A stretch of DNA of 64,000 bases from Octopus vulgaris (GCA_951406725.2 OX597820.1:33852001-33916000), one strand, 5' to 3'; numbered from the stretch's first letter, positions 24,837 to 38,565 are shown. The notes: generated by a model not told the origin, from the letters alone. Made by a program: numbers and translations.

Positions 24837-25199
24837 ACAGTAATAATTACATACTTGGAGAGACATACTGTTTGGAGTTTACAACATGCATACTGATACA
24901 ACAATCTAAGACTGGCCCATCATAACTGGAAACAATTGTGCTATATAAGCGGCAGTGAAGATTCCTATTGACAATCGGCCACTTAACCATTTGGCTGTGA
25001 CAAGAATGGAGACGTAACGCACATTCTTCAATTATTGCCAAAAGCAACCATTTTATAAGGTGCAAAGAGAAAATTCTAGAATATTGTATCTCACAATGGC
25101 TTGATGCTGGTTTTTTTTTTCTTTTTCTCTAGTTTCAGCTCAGAGCTGCGGCCATGCTGATGCACTGCCGTTTTGTGCTACACTGTTATTGCGAAGAAC

Positions 25200-28100
25200 C
25201 TCGTCTAATATGTGGCACTTGGTGAAGAATGGAGTTGATATAGCTACTCTTATTTGCACTTCTTGCCGTGAGGTAGGTTCATTTGGGACTCTCAACAGGA
25301 AGATGTCCAGCTTTGATTTAAAAGTTCCTCAGACTCTTTAGGAGAATATTAAAAAGCTGTGAGCCCTTGAAACCCAGGCTGTTGCAGAAGCTGGTCCTGA
25401 AGCGTGATGGCATTGCTGGGATCTTTGGCACTATGCAGTGTCGTCCCGTTCTAGCATTGGTGTAGCTTACAATGCCAAAATTTGGCACAATTCCTTCCAG
25501 GATCTTCCAGACATATATTACTGCATACCTCTCCCGTCTTCTCTCCAAAGAGTAGAGTCTTAGCTGTTTCAACCTTTCCCAGTAGCTGAGCTGTTGCAAA
25601 GAGACGATCTTCTTTGTGAATCTTCTCAGGATTGCTTCAAGGTCCGCTGTTAATTTTACACTGGTGGGTGACCATAGCTGTGAGCAGTAATCCAGGTGGC
25701 TGAGGACGAATGTCCGCCAGAGGACCATCATGGTTTCCTTATCTCTGGTTCTAAATGTTCTTAGGCTCCACCCAGCCAGTCGTCTGCACTTTGTCGCCAT
25801 CCTGGTAATGTGCACTTGGAAAGAGGTATCATCACTCATGTCGATACCCAGGTCCCTCACAGACTTAGGCTCTGGGATTGAAATTCCCTGTGGACCGGTG
25901 TATCCTGTAAGTTTAATATTCAGTTTTGGATGCTGATAGTGCAGGGCCTGGAATTTTTCAGCATTAAACTGCATATTATTAACCTCAGCCCATCTGTAGA
26001 TTGAGTCCAACTCCTGCTTTCTGCAAGACTTTCGTATCGTCTGCATAGCTGGCCAGAGTGGTTATCCGGGCATTTGAGGGCATATCTGAGAGGGCCACTA
26101 TAAAAAGCAGTGGTCCCAAGACAGTGCCCTGTGGAACACCGCTCACTATTTGTGTGTTCATAGAGGTGGCTCCATTAACCACTACTGCCTGACTCCTATC
26201 TTTCAGGAAGTCATATAACCACACTCCAAGTTTTCCAACTATGCCAAGGTCACGCAGTTTGTGACATATCATACCATGATCCACCTTGTCAAAAGCTTTT
26301 GCAAAGTCAAGGTAGATTACATCCTCATTTGATTTGTTGAGTAACTGCCTCAACACCCAGTCATAATGTTGTAAGAGCTGGGTCAGGCAGCTCCTACCTG
26401 GTCGAAAACCATGCTGGGTATCACTCAGCAAGTTATTTTCCTCAAGGAATGCGATTAGTTTCTTTCTTACTATCCGTTCCATGACTTTGCTGATGTGTGA
26501 AGTCAGAGAGATAGGCCTATAGTTTTTGGCATCTGCTCTACTTCCCCCTTTATGTATTGGGCATATTATTCCCTCCTTCAGCTTGCTTGGCAGTTTGCCA
26601 TTCGCAAGAAAGCTCTGGAAGAGAATCTTGAGGGGTTTTGCCAGGGCATGCTTACACGCTTTGAGGAGGATGGCTGGGAAACCATCTAGACCAGCAGCTG
26701 AGTTTGTGTCCACTTCATCTATGGCTAGTAGGACATCTTTTTCGCTAATGTCAATACATTCTATTGTAACCACCTCGCTGGTTATAGGTGAGGTGGCAAA
26801 GAAGTCCACTGGTTCGTTCACGTGTCTGTGTTCCAGACACTTTTGAACTGGTCATTCAGCATCTCACTGATCTTAGTTGGACTGTCTGTGAGGGAGCCAT
26901 CCTTTTGGAGGAGGGGTCCTATCTTGTAGTGCACTGAGACTGTTTCTTTCGCGTAATGAAAGAAGGCTTTTGGGTTTGATTTAATATTTTTTATAACCCA
27001 GGCTTCTTTGTCTGCTTTCTCCTTCACATAGGATTGTTGCAGCCTTTTTTCAGTCTCCATCAGTGTTGTTTTTAGGCGGGACGTTTTGCTACTTTTGGGA
27101 TGTTGGTTGAGACGATTTGCAACCTTCGTCCGTCGTCTCACGAGGATCTTCCTGTCTCTTGGAATCTTGCTCCTATTTGTTTTGGCCTTGTGCTCTGGGA
27201 CATATTTCTGGCATACGACTTGCACAGAAGACATGAAACATTCTAGTTTCATGTCAATGTCTGGTGTGGAGAGACATTCCGGCCAGTCCTCTCTGAGGAT
27301 CTCTTTTTGGATTGATTTCCAATCTGCTTTGTGGAAGTTCAGATTGGAGAGATTTCGGGTGCTTCCTTTAGGCTGTATGTCTCTGGTTACTTTTGGCCTA
27401 AACATAGACAGCTCTATTATGTTGTGATCCGAAACTGATGTCGGTGTCACTTTCACATCATGAATGATGTCCATATTGTTCGTGAAGCAGAGATCCAGAA
27501 TGTTATTCGCCCTAGTTGGCTTGAGTACAACTTGCTCCATGAATAAGGCATTGGTGAGGTTGAGCAGGGACTCCACCTGTACTTGCTTGCAATGATTCAT
27601 TCCTGAGAGTATGTGACCTTCAGGCCATTTGACGTTGGGGAAGTTGAAATCACCCATAAGAAATATGGTCACTTGGTGTTCCAGATTTATGAGGATTTCT
27701 TTAATTCTTGTGAGGCAATCTTCAAACTTGCCTGTGTGATTTGGGGCATCCGGTGGGCAATATGTATTGCATATGACTATATTATGTTGTCTTATGTATA
27801 CAATTAAAGTGTCACATACCGAATTTGAGTATGTCATTAAGACCTGGGGTGTGAGGTCATCTTGGATGTATACAGCAACTCCACCATGGCTTCTTTCCCT
27901 TCTGTCTGTTCGCAATATGGCATAGTTTGGTATGTGTACTTCTGCATCCTCTATATCAGGGTTGAAGTGAATTTCCACAAGTGCTATGCATAGGGCTTGA
28001 TTGCATGCAGTAAGATCTCTCAGGAAAGAAATTTTGTTTCTATTTTGATGCAACAGGCCCCCAATATTTAGTAAAAGTATTGGGGTGACGGCTGTGCAGG

Positions 28101-28221
28101 CGTTAGGGGAGGCCATCCCGTATCTGTTGACTGTGGTGGTCTTGCATAGTGGTGGGCAGGGTTCCTTCTCTGTGCTTGGTGTAGCCAGGTTAGCTGCCGG
28201 ACAATTCTTTGCGCCATGCAT
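25200..28221 (-). pseudogene. LINE ORF2 (endonuclease-reverse transcriptase), disrupted near 26820, 26020 and 25320
   Basis: ORFs 26818-28221, 25985-26821 and 25318-26046 are consecutive pieces of one EN-RT protein. Confidence 0.9.
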
Positions 28222-28596
28222 AAAAAAGACTCTTGCTCAGCTGCTGCGTTGCGCAGAACATCTGAGGAGCGCGCTTCGTTTTTGAAAGTTTTCCTGGGAG
28301 ACAATTTTTGTGTTCCCTCGGTAAAGCTTTTCTCTTTGAGTCCCCTGAAGTTCTGGCGGGGTGTCGGGTGGGCGAACCGGCAGTTTTTGCCGTCCTCACC
28401 ATGCCAACATTTGCCCCGCAGGTAGAATTTACAGGTTCTTCGGTGCCTTCCAGATTTCTTCTTTCCTGAAGTGTACTGGGTGGCATTGGTTCCTCCATGG
28501 GGTTCTCTGCTGTTTGTGTGGTGGGTTGGGGTTTCAGCTTTGGTTGTTTTGCCTTTTCCTCCTTATTTTTGGTTGGTTGCTTAATAGATCGGTCAT
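28068..28596 (-). pseudogene. LINE ORF1 with a CCCH zinc finger (probable frameshift near 28565)
   Basis: Manual translation: ...RRTCKFYLRGKCWHGEDGKNCRFAHPTP... runs in frame into the track ORF 28068-28304; candidate ATG at 28596 is one base out of frame. Confidence 0.65.
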
Positions 28597-28816
28597 GTGA
28601 AACTACTGTGGTCTGATCATGATGCTTGAGCGGTTAGCTTGCAGCCTGGTTTTGAATCATTGCTACAGATTTAATTAAACAAATCGACACCAGTACTTAT
28701 TTTTTAAAACCTAGTATTTATTCTATTGTTCTCTTTTATAGATACAGAACTGCTATGTTATGGGAACATAAACAAACCAGCACCGGCTATCAAGTAGTGG
28801 TCGGTCACATGCTTAC

Positions 28817-28863
<47 letters not shown>

Positions 28864-28864
<1 letters not shown>

Positions 28865-29517
28865 TAGCTGATGTAACCGGTAATCTCCGGGAAAGCCAGG
28901 CTTTTACCTTGCTTCCATTCTCATAATTGTTTTGCTAATCCAGTAACAACAATACAAAGTATGTAGCCCTTAAAACAGTTTTTGTGCATTTACAGAGAAT
29001 ACCAAACTGTCTTACATAGGATCTTATTTTTAGGAATTCCCAATATGTTATGAATACCCAAATTGTGAAGTCAGTTATGTACTAACATGAAATTAGTTAC
29101 CCGATAGTAAGAATTCAGATAAAGTAGCCCCCCAAAAGAGCTTTAATGTGTTCCCAGAGTATATAGAACATAGGAAGAAGTACTAATAAGGTATATATAC
29201 TAAAATCGTGAAGCATGTTACGTAATAACAGGCTAATCAGATATGAGATAATAACAATTCAAAGGAAATAACTCCGAAAAAGGCTTTTGTGCATTCCCAG
29301 AGAATACACCCTCAAGGGCGCTAGTGTTGGTATATTCGTAAATAAGTTACTAACTGAAATAAGTGGATCTATTTTTTAGGAAAATACTATTTACTTGTTT
29401 AAGGGGTGTACTGAATAAATTGCGAAAATAACTCAAATAGTTAAAATACTACGAAATAAGCATACTCAATTTCATTTTTACCAAATAATTTAGGAAAATT
29501 AATGTTATTTCCCTTGG

Positions 29518-29520
<3 letters not shown>
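28864..29520 (-). mobile_element. Non-autonomous Helitron-like element in the (TA)n of a family-1 SINE (SINE halves ~28672-28810 and ~29590-29735)
   Basis: Reverse-complement 3' end CCGGAGATTACCGG hairpin followed by CTAG|T at 28864; 5' end lost in (TA)n. Confidence 0.55.
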
Positions 29521-29558
<38 letters not shown>

Positions 29559-31604
29559 TATATATATAAACACACACACACATACACATATATATACGAT
29601 GGGCTTCCACAATTTCTGTCTACCAAATTCATTCACAAGGTTTGAGCCTATAACAGAAAATGCTTGCCCAAGGTGCAGTGCAGTGGGACTGAACCCGAAA
29701 GTGAGCTTCTTAACCACACAGCTATGCCTGCACCTAATGTAAGAATAAAATCTTTTTTATTTGCATATTGTCTCGCTCTCTCTCTCTCACACACACACAT
29801 AGTGATGCCCTGGGAGTCAGCCTAAGTTCCTAGTACTTTCAACTGACCCGTTCTGACAGTGGTGATTAGATGCAATATGGGACAAATGGTTAACAAGTTT
29901 GCTTCTCAACCACGAGGTTCTGGGTTCGATACTACTGCATAGCATCATGAATAAATATTTTCCATAGCCTCGGTTCGACCTACATCTTGTGGGCCTTGTC
30001 ACACACAATTTTCCTCAGATTCAGCCTGAGAATTACATTAAATGTATACGTGTTTGTAGAATGTTCAGTCGTTTATACATTTAATTCAGGAGCAGGTAAT
30101 TTAGTCAATGGGATAACTGAATCCACTTCGTCACACGGAAGAAACAAAAAAAAAAAGAAGAAACGAAAGGAAAGAAAAAGGTTAACGCGTACACATACTT
30201 ACTAACAAGCATCACATGTATATATTTAAAAAATGAAACTTGAAATTTTGAAAACAATTGTTATGTGTGTCAGAATGTATGTATGCGCGTTCACCATTTT
30301 TTTCACCTTAAGTTCCGATACCATTTTAAAAAGTATTTATATAAAATTTCGACGTAACTTCGGTATAAGTACCGGATACATTTCAAGAAAGTGGGGTTTT
30401 TTTTTATATATGGGGAGTTAGGGTTAGGGGTGGGAGAAAAGGATTTCTCTTATCTTCAGAAATGTAAACAAAGTCACGTGTGTACCTATACCGAAGGATC
30501 GCCAAAATTTCATTAAAAAACATCAATTTTTCTGAAAGTTCAGAAGAAACAAATACGATTCGTGTGAATTATCCGAAATTCCTTTCCCTGCTCTCCGAAA
30601 AAGTTTTCCACAACAAATTCCGATATAATCGGAATTTTCACTATGTGAAAGGTATTTGTAGAGCATTTTATTAAAAAATATCCATTTTACTGAAAGTTAT
30701 GAGAAACAAAGTTGGGTGAGAGCATACTCATGTATTTATTCGAAAGTGAGAAAATAGCTAAAAAAAAATAAATAAAAAGCTTTCCTACGAAATTAGTCTA
30801 AGGGAGATAATTATCTAAGTCGTTTCTTTTTAGTCTCGTGACTTAACGGAGCTATAGATTACATAGAGCACCAAGCAAACCGTGTTTCGATTCCCAGTTA
30901 AAGTTAGTTCGCTTGTGTTACTCTGTTAGAGACATAAACGAAAATCACATGATCGTTATGTCTTCCAAAAACATTCTTCTAATGTTTGATTTAACTCCGC
31001 TTCAATTTTGTGTGCGGGGGGAAAGGATACAAAACTAAGAATTTATTCAAGTTACATACAAACCACATAGTTCATATTAAATTCCTTTCAACCAATTGAA
31101 GTTTTTCCGATTTTTACCACATTATTTTCAAAATTGTAGTTGTGTATACTGATGACGGAAACCACATTATTTTTATCTTGAAATTTACAATAAAGAAGTT
31201 AATTCATGTAGAGAATTTGAAAAAAAAAATCTATTGAAAATTTGAAATACTTAAAATAATTTAATGAAATTTAACAAGGTCCCTAAAGTACTATTTTTGG
31301 TATCAGTTTTATCAACATCTGTGTGCCTCTATACATAACTCCTTAACTAAACAACGGCCCTTCGGCTGTTTAGTTAAGAAGTTCATTTTGAAATCGTGGT
31401 TTCGCGCGAATCACTGCTCTATCTTTTATAATCACTTCATGGGCGACCAAATCTTATCGAAAATTCTGGAGAAAGAAATTATGCAGAAAACTATAGCACT
31501 GTATGTTTGTAGGAAACAGTTGTAATCTGCTCTGTTTAAAGCCACAAACCAGTCCTTAGGTGTCTTTGGCAGAATCTGTTCTCTGGAACCAATGATGTAA
31601 TCTC

Positions 31605-32170
31605 AAAACGGTCATTCGATCTGTTAGAAACAGCAAAGAAATCTCCCTTAAACCACAAATATTGGAGGAGAATATATAAGATAAATCTGTCATTGGATTA
31701 TATCTGAATCATAGATGTGATGGTCACAATCATAAAGCAACATAAAGTTAGCTGAATAGAGCCGACCGGGTACTAAATAACTAAATAATAAATACTAACT
31801 AGGCGCATCTCTATGGCCACCTGATCTATTAGAAACAACACATTTCTCTTTGTTCTCATCTTCTTAAAGAGGGCACTTAATATAACATACTCTACTATAC
31901 ATTATACCTAGGGAGAGCTTCATTACTAGAATGCTTTTGATCATAAATTTGCTCGATCAAAGCTGACCTGGAGGTTAACAATAACAGTCTCCTTATCACA
32001 TAACGAGGTCACGTGATATGCTGGAAATAGCAGCTGAATTTCTTTTAAACAGCATCATGTCTTAAAAACAAAAAGCATAGCAAATAAAGTAGTGTTATAT
32101 ATTCTAATATGTGACAAATTCATAGGAACATAATCAGGCCATGTTTAGGCTATAATCCGGTTTATAGATT
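31605..32170 (+). repeat. Three adjacent diverged copies of an old ~190-bp dispersed repeat (also ~7285-7430, 36340-36500, 57000-57340)
   Basis: Recurring ggtca..tgatctg.tagaaa.agca...aaat.tc start. Confidence 0.45.
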
Positions 32171-32186
32171 AAACGTACATGCATGC

Positions 32187-32219
<33 letters not shown>

Positions 32220-33120
32220 TGTGTGCCTGTGTGTGCGTGCGTGCGCGAGAGAAATTAGGATAAACACGAGTATATATTATTATCCTCTACGAACGTTTTA
32301 CCATCGGGCGTTTCAAGTTTAATTGGATGTCGAACCAGAACAGATCATCAGTAAGCACTTTATTGCATTATGTTACAAGCAATCCCTGGGGTCTGGGGAG
32401 ATGGAAAACAAGATGGTTATTGCTTCTCATATAATCAAGGCTGACTCGGGGACGAGCCACAACAAAATCCTCGCTTTCGGATCAATCAACAGTGGTTTTG
32501 TTCTTATTTTCTTTACATCAGTTTTGAAAGCCCTCGAAAAAGGCTCTGAAAAAACACTGCCTAAAAAAGAAAAGATGTTCTCTTCCTACCCTAGAAAGCA
32601 TTGGAATGTTATAAAAAAAGTTGATCCTATTCATAGTATAGTAGTTTTCTGACATTGGTCACTTACTTCCAAAAGTTGGCTCATACTGATTAAACGGGCC
32701 CCAATATTTGACTGTTGATGAAAAGCTATGCTAACCTCGGCGAGATATGAATTTAGAATGTAAATGACTGTATCTAAACATCGTTAGGCATTTTATCCGA
32801 CACCTAAACAATCCTGCAATCTACCAACCCTGACCCCCCTGTGTCCTGGTTATATTCTACAAGAGTTCATGTTAACGAAGTAACCACACGGCTGGAACAA
32901 AAGGCAGTTGGGATCCAGTAGGAGTTTAAATCCAAAGCTAATTACAATACTGGTAATAATGTTAATAGACTTAAACGTAATAAGCTAAGAAATATCAAAT
33001 GTAACTATATTCGCGCTGAAGAGACCTGCTGACATACTGAAATAACGCAAAAGTGAAATTGAAGGAAGAAAAGTAAGGGAGGTAACTCCGAAATTTTAAT
33101 TCTTTTTTTCTTTTCTTGAT

Positions 33121-33485
33121 TCTTTTATTTGTTTCAGTCATTTGACTGCGGCCATATTAGAGCACCGCCTTTAGTCGAGCAAATCGACCCCCAGGACTTA
33201 TTCTTTGTAAGCCTAGTACTTATTCTATCGATCACTTTTGCCGAACCGCTAAGTGTCGGGGATTAAACACACCAACATCGGTTGTCAAGCGATATTGGGG
33301 GGGGGGGGACAAACCTATACACACATATATACGACGGGCTTCTTTCAGTTTCCGTCTACCAAATCCACTCACAAGGCTTTGGTTGGCCCGAGGCTATAGT
33401 AGAAGACACTTGCCCAAGGTGCCACGCAGTGGGACTGAACTCGGAACCATGTGGTTGGTAACCCCACAGCCACTCCTGCGCCTAC
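33121..33485 (-). mobile_element. Family-1 SINE, full length
   Basis: Near-identical to 17122-17585 and 34986-35380. Confidence 0.9.
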
Positions 33486-33891
33486 ATTCGTTTAAAATAA
33501 AATGGCCAATGCAGTGGAGAGCGAGTCTGAACAAGGTACAATAGCAACAATTCTAGAACTGTTTCAATCTTATTAAATCTCATCAACGTATAAGCTTTAA
33601 GCTTTACCAGTATTGCCAGGCAAAGATGACTGTCTGTGTGTGTCTCTCTCCATAAACTTTGGATTTGGATACATGGGAAATATCAACTGTCATGAATGTC
33701 CTCAAATGTTCGGATAATGCATCGGATTCATATGAATTTCGCAAAGCGCATCGAACTTTTTCATCACTACTAACAGAAACCATGTTTAAAATGTTATTCA
33801 TTAATAAAATTAAATGAAATTAATTGAAAATATGCGTTTTCACCTATGCATCTAGATTTTACGATTATCATGCATGCATGTATGCATAGTC

Positions 33892-34264
33892 GGTGGAGGC
33901 GCAATGGCCCAGTGGTTAGGGCAGCGGACTCACGGTTTCGATTCCCAGACCGGGCGTTGTGAGTGTTTATTGAGCGAAAACACCTAAAGCTCCACGAGGC
34001 TCTGGCAGGGGATGGTGGTGATCCCTGCTGTACCTTTTCACCACAACTTTCTCTCACTCTTACTTCCTGTTTCTGTTGTACCTGTATTTCAAAGGGCCGG
34101 CCTTGTCACTCTCTGTGTCACGCTGAATATCCCCGAGAACTACGTTAAGGGTACACGTGTCTGTGGAGTGCTCAGCCACTTACACGTTAATTTCACGAGC
34201 AGGCTGTTCCGTTGATTCGGATCAACCGGAACCCTCGTCATCGTAACCGACGGAGTGCTTCCAC
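33892..34264 (+). mobile_element. tRNA-derived SINE (family 3) with a 10-bp target-site duplication
   Basis: A-box TGGCCCAGTGG, B-box-like GGTTTCGATTCC; ATGCATAGTC at 33882-33891 and 34265-34274. Confidence 0.85.
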
Positions 34265-34345
34265 ATGCATAGTCTCTTTAAATTCTTCCTCTGAGGAAGG
34301 AACTGGTTACTAACAAAAATACACAGCTCCATCGTTGGAATATCT

Positions 34346-34705
34346 TTTACTTTTACTTGTTTCAGTCATTTGACTGCGGCCATGCAGGGGTACCGGTTTG
34401 AATTTTTTTTTAGTCAAATGAATCGAACCCAGTATTTATTATTTTTTTCAAGCCCGAACCTTATTCTATTGGTCTCTTTTTGCAGAACCGTTATGTTACG
34501 GGAACGTAAACACACCAACACCGGTTGTCAAGTAGCAGTGGGGGAAAACACATGCACAGACCCCGGACTTCTTTCAGCTTCCGTCTATCGAATCCACTCA
34601 TAAGGCTTTGGTCGGCTCGGGATTATATCTGAAGATTCTTGCTCGAGGTGTCACGCTGTAGACTGAACCTAAGCTCACATATTTGGGAAGCAAGTCACGC
34701 CTACG

Positions 34706-34710
<5 letters not shown>
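34346..34710 (-). mobile_element. Older family-1 SINE copy
   Basis: Tail gtttcagtcatttgactgcggccatgc with a diverged body and head. Confidence 0.75.
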
Positions 34711-34751
<41 letters not shown>

Positions 34752-34819
34752 AAAATATAAGTATGAACCCGGAACTATGTGGTTGGGAAGCAAACTTCTT
34801 ACCACACAGCCACGCATTC

Positions 34820-35455
34820 TAAACTTGAGAGAAGTCTTGCATACTTTTACTGTTCCGCTTACAGGTTGTATTTGTAATGTGCGAGTCGGTTGAGTTCTTT
34901 TTCTTAAAACCCTAGCTTATCCAGATTGTCACTTAGGCATTTACTCACGTAACCAAGTGCACCAATTATTATTGGTATAAGTGTTACTCTTTTACTTGTT
35001 TCAGTCATTTGACTGTGGCCACGCTGGAACACTGCCTTTAGTCGAGCAAATCGACCCCAGGACTTATTCTTTGTAAGCCTAGTACTTATTCTATCGGTCA
35101 CTTTTGCCGAACTGCTAAGTTACGGGGACGTAAACACACCAGCATTGGTTGTCAAGCGATGTTGGGGGGACAAACACAGATACACAAACATATACACACG
35201 CACATACATATATATACGACGGGCTTCTTTCAATTTCCGTTTACCAAATCTACTTACAAGGCTTTGGTCGGCCCGAGGCTATAGGAGAAGACACTTGCCC
35301 AAGGTGCCACGCAGTGGGACTGAACCCGGAACCATGTGGTTGGTAAGCAAGCTACTTACCACACAGCCGCTCCTACGCCTTATTATTATATAATCTAGAT
35401 ATAGAAGCTGGAGGTTTCGAAGCAATTGTCCATTGTTATCCTCTTTTATATTTTC
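34820..35455 (-). mobile_element. R4/Dong C-terminal RLE fragment split by a full family-1 SINE (34986-35380)
   Basis: KEDNNGQLLRNLQLLYLDY | IPIIIGALGYVSKCLSDNLDKLGF...LQIQPVSGTVKVCKT on either side of the SINE. Confidence 0.75.
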
Positions 35456-38159
35456 AAAGCGATGTTCACATAGCAGGACAGTGACGGGGATTAAACATAC
35501 TAGCATCGGTTGTCAAGCGATGTGGGGGGGGGGGGGGGCAAACCTATACACACATATATACGGTATGTACTATTTCTTGTCTGTTTCAAAAAACAATATC
35601 GGGCCTGTTATGTTATCATAGGAATGTTCCACCAGTATTCCTTGTGCTGATGTTTATATATGTATTCAATAACAGGGCGATTCTATATATATATATTCCA
35701 GGATAGCATGCATCCATCCATCCAACCAACCAACCAACCAACCAGCCAATCAGCCAGCCAACCAACCAACCAACCAACTATATTAGCTGTGCCATGTGCC
35801 TTCAGCTCCTGATGGAATCGTGGAGATACTTTCCTGATATAAAGCGTATCGTGGGGGATTTTCACACCTGGTGGAGCCTATTCCCTCTCCAAATCATACA
35901 ACAACTGATTTCTTCGAGAAATCACCCTCCTATTTCTGCTTTATTTTTAAACATAGGATGGTAATCAACCAACTCAATTTCTGTGTATGACTTGTGTATC
36001 ACCTCGTTTCTACAAAGAAAGGATGAGAAATAAAGAGTGAGAAAAATAATATTACTTGCTATAATATAAATACTATTCTCCGATTTATGGAGAAAGATGA
36101 TCCATCCGTCAATGGTCAAAGATGTTTCAACCATGACCACCCCGCCTTTAATTTTAGCGACTGTATAGTCAATGTTGAGAAAGATTCCAATAAATAAATA
36201 ATCTATTACTAAATTATTGATGGAAAGTTCATAAGAAAAGTGAAAACAATATTAGCAAAAGTAAACTGGTACGTTATACTCCAGGATCTCCTCACGTTGT
36301 TCATCAAGTCCTACCTTGTTAAAACGGTCTAATTTGAAGGGGGTTTGGTTTGTTAACAATGGTTTTTAGCGTTAGGTCACCAGGTTAGTTCTGGTCGACC
36401 ACATCTCTCTATCCACAAACAGCCATCTACCATATTGAACTGTGTCTTTTTTATGACTGGAGAGTGATTTGAGGCAGATTTGGTGCAATTTCTAACAGGT
36501 CGAGCAGCCTTCTACTTTGTAGTCACATTGAGGATGGATTATGGAATCGAAGCCTGTATTTAGTTAAGACTCCATTTTATTGACTCCTGGCAAGTAATAA
36601 CAAAGTTGTCGACTGAACCGTAAAGAGCCCTGACTTAACAATTCTGCAAATCACTGATTTATAAACCAAAGACATCCCAACCACGATCCTTTCGTTTTTT
36701 CTGATATTTCTTTTTCTCAGACTACATAATCCAATATCTCCTTCCTTTAAAAAGTAATAAAATAGCAACAAAAAAAAATGTGGTTGAGAGTTATTTGAGC
36801 GTGTGGTATTTGATCTGGTTCTATGTACTCAAAATTCAAATCCTATCGAGTTTAACTTCACTTTTTATCCTTGCAGAATCGATAAATTGTCAGTCGTGGA
36901 GTAGAGATCAAAATGTCTACCCTCTCGGATAGGTTACGTAATATAATTAGAAAGATCGTAGGAAACCATTCACATTGTTCCTTTCTCCAGAAAACAATAG
37001 CTGTGTGGCTAACAGGTTCGCTTCGCAACTATATGACACCTTGGGCAAGTGTCTCCTTCAATATCCACCAGTTGACCAATGTGAGTGAATTTGATAAGTG
37101 GAAACTATATGGAGTTTGTCACACATATGTATGTCTCATTGTTTGCTGACTGTTATTTTTTTCATTTTTATTTGCTGAGTCTGGAGAAAGGGTCAGTGCT
37201 CATGACCACTAAGACAGGTGGTGGTGCGTGGGGTGATGTCATTAAACTGTTCCGTTTAAATTATTACTGGTCAACACCTACAGGAAAGACGAGAGCAGGG
37301 AGAATATTCCAACAGGTCGATTTTTGAGGACAGAACACAGTAGTTAGTGCGGGGCTAGAGAAGAAGAGATGGTTGACGAAAAAGGGATAACAGGAAGTGG
37401 AGAGATGAAGGGGTCATGGGACAACTGAATGAAAAAGGTACAAAATCAGTCAGATCTGAGGAACAGAGATCATTAGAGTAGTAACAAAAAAAGACAGAGA
37501 AGAGATACCACGCTTGTTTAAGTTCTTGTTACTTACCAGTTCGGCAATAGAATAAGTACGAAACGTACAATAAGTACCGTGGTCGACTTCATTCCGTAAC
37601 TCATTCAAGGCGGTACCTCATCATGACCACAGTCTAATTACTGATACAAGAGAGAAAAAAATTGAACAAAGATCTAACAACTACTCAGAAAAAAACCGAT
37701 TTTCTACTGGAATATTCCAAGAAGGGATCAATATAAGTTAAGTGTACAGCACAGAACAAAACTAAAGAGGGGAAAATGTGATTTGAAAATTTGACTGCTT
37801 TTCTAGCAGGTCGAACATTCCTTGTACATTGTACGATCTTCGTAGAATAACAAGGTTGAGTTACTGGTGGTCACAGACGGAGACGGAGTTTCCATCACCG
37901 ACTGTAGCATCTCGTAAGCCAGAATAACCTTTGAATAAGGTATGAATGCCACACATTCACATCGTCTTAAGTGGACAGAGATGATAACGGAACATCAGAT
38001 GACAAACTATTCCTATGGTTCACCTGGGGCAGGAGTCGTCGAACCAGGGTATATGACCCAAAGTGAGACAAAAATGGAATTCTTCGGAGTAATGAGGACT
38101 CATTAGGCATCAAGATTATATTAAAAAAATGTGTTCCTTGCTACGGCAGAAATTTTTCT

Positions 38160-38565
38160 TCAGGCATGAGGAGGCAGTCAAAAAGTTGCTTCCTTTTGTA
38201 ACACCCCGCCTTTGTGGACAAGGATTTCCCACTCTAACGAACGTAAAAACAAAGCATGTCGTCTTTCGGTCAGTCCCACAGCGCGGCACCTTGGGCAAGT
38301 GTCTTCTACTATAGCTCTGAACGGACCAAATATTGAATGGATTTGGTAGACGGAAACTTGAAAGAAACCCGTCGTGTCTGTGTGTGCATGTTAAAAGGTG
38401 TCAGTATATTTACGTCTCCCCTATCTCAGCAGTTCGGCAAAAAGGAGTCGAAAGAATAAATACCAGGCTTAAAAATAAGTGCCGGTGTCGATTTTTTCGA
38501 CAAAATACTTCAAGGTGGTGCCCCAGCTTGGTCGCAGTCCAAAAACTGAAACAAGTAAAAATAAA
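38160..38565 (+). mobile_element. Diverged family-1 SINE
   Basis: cagtcccacagcgcggcaccttgggcaagtgtcttctactatagc ... ggtggtgccccagcttggtcgcagtcc. Confidence 0.7.

Larger units (their letters stand above)
25111..28670 (-). mobile_element. Near full-length CR1-group (Jockey superfamily) LINE with frameshifts
   Basis: APE endonuclease (LLNIGGL, GDFNFP, LDLCFTN, SDHNIIE), RT (YRPISLTS, QHGFRPGRSC, YLDFAKAFDKVDH, GVPQGTVLGPLLF, YADDTK), C-terminus LDYCSQLWSP/SLERRRERY, 3' stem-loop and A-rich tail. Confidence 0.93.

Noticed and set aside
30418-30429. TTAGGG telomeric repeats
   Set aside because: Only two units, embedded in repeat-like sequence; not an interstitial telomere
32323-32652. 109-aa ORF
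   Set aside because: TTG start, no recognisable motif, and it overlaps degenerate repeat sequence
33892-33960. tRNA gene (also 58771-58845 and family-1 heads)
   Set aside because: A/B boxes are present but there is no complete cloverleaf; they continue into SINE bodies, with TSDs at 33892 and 58771
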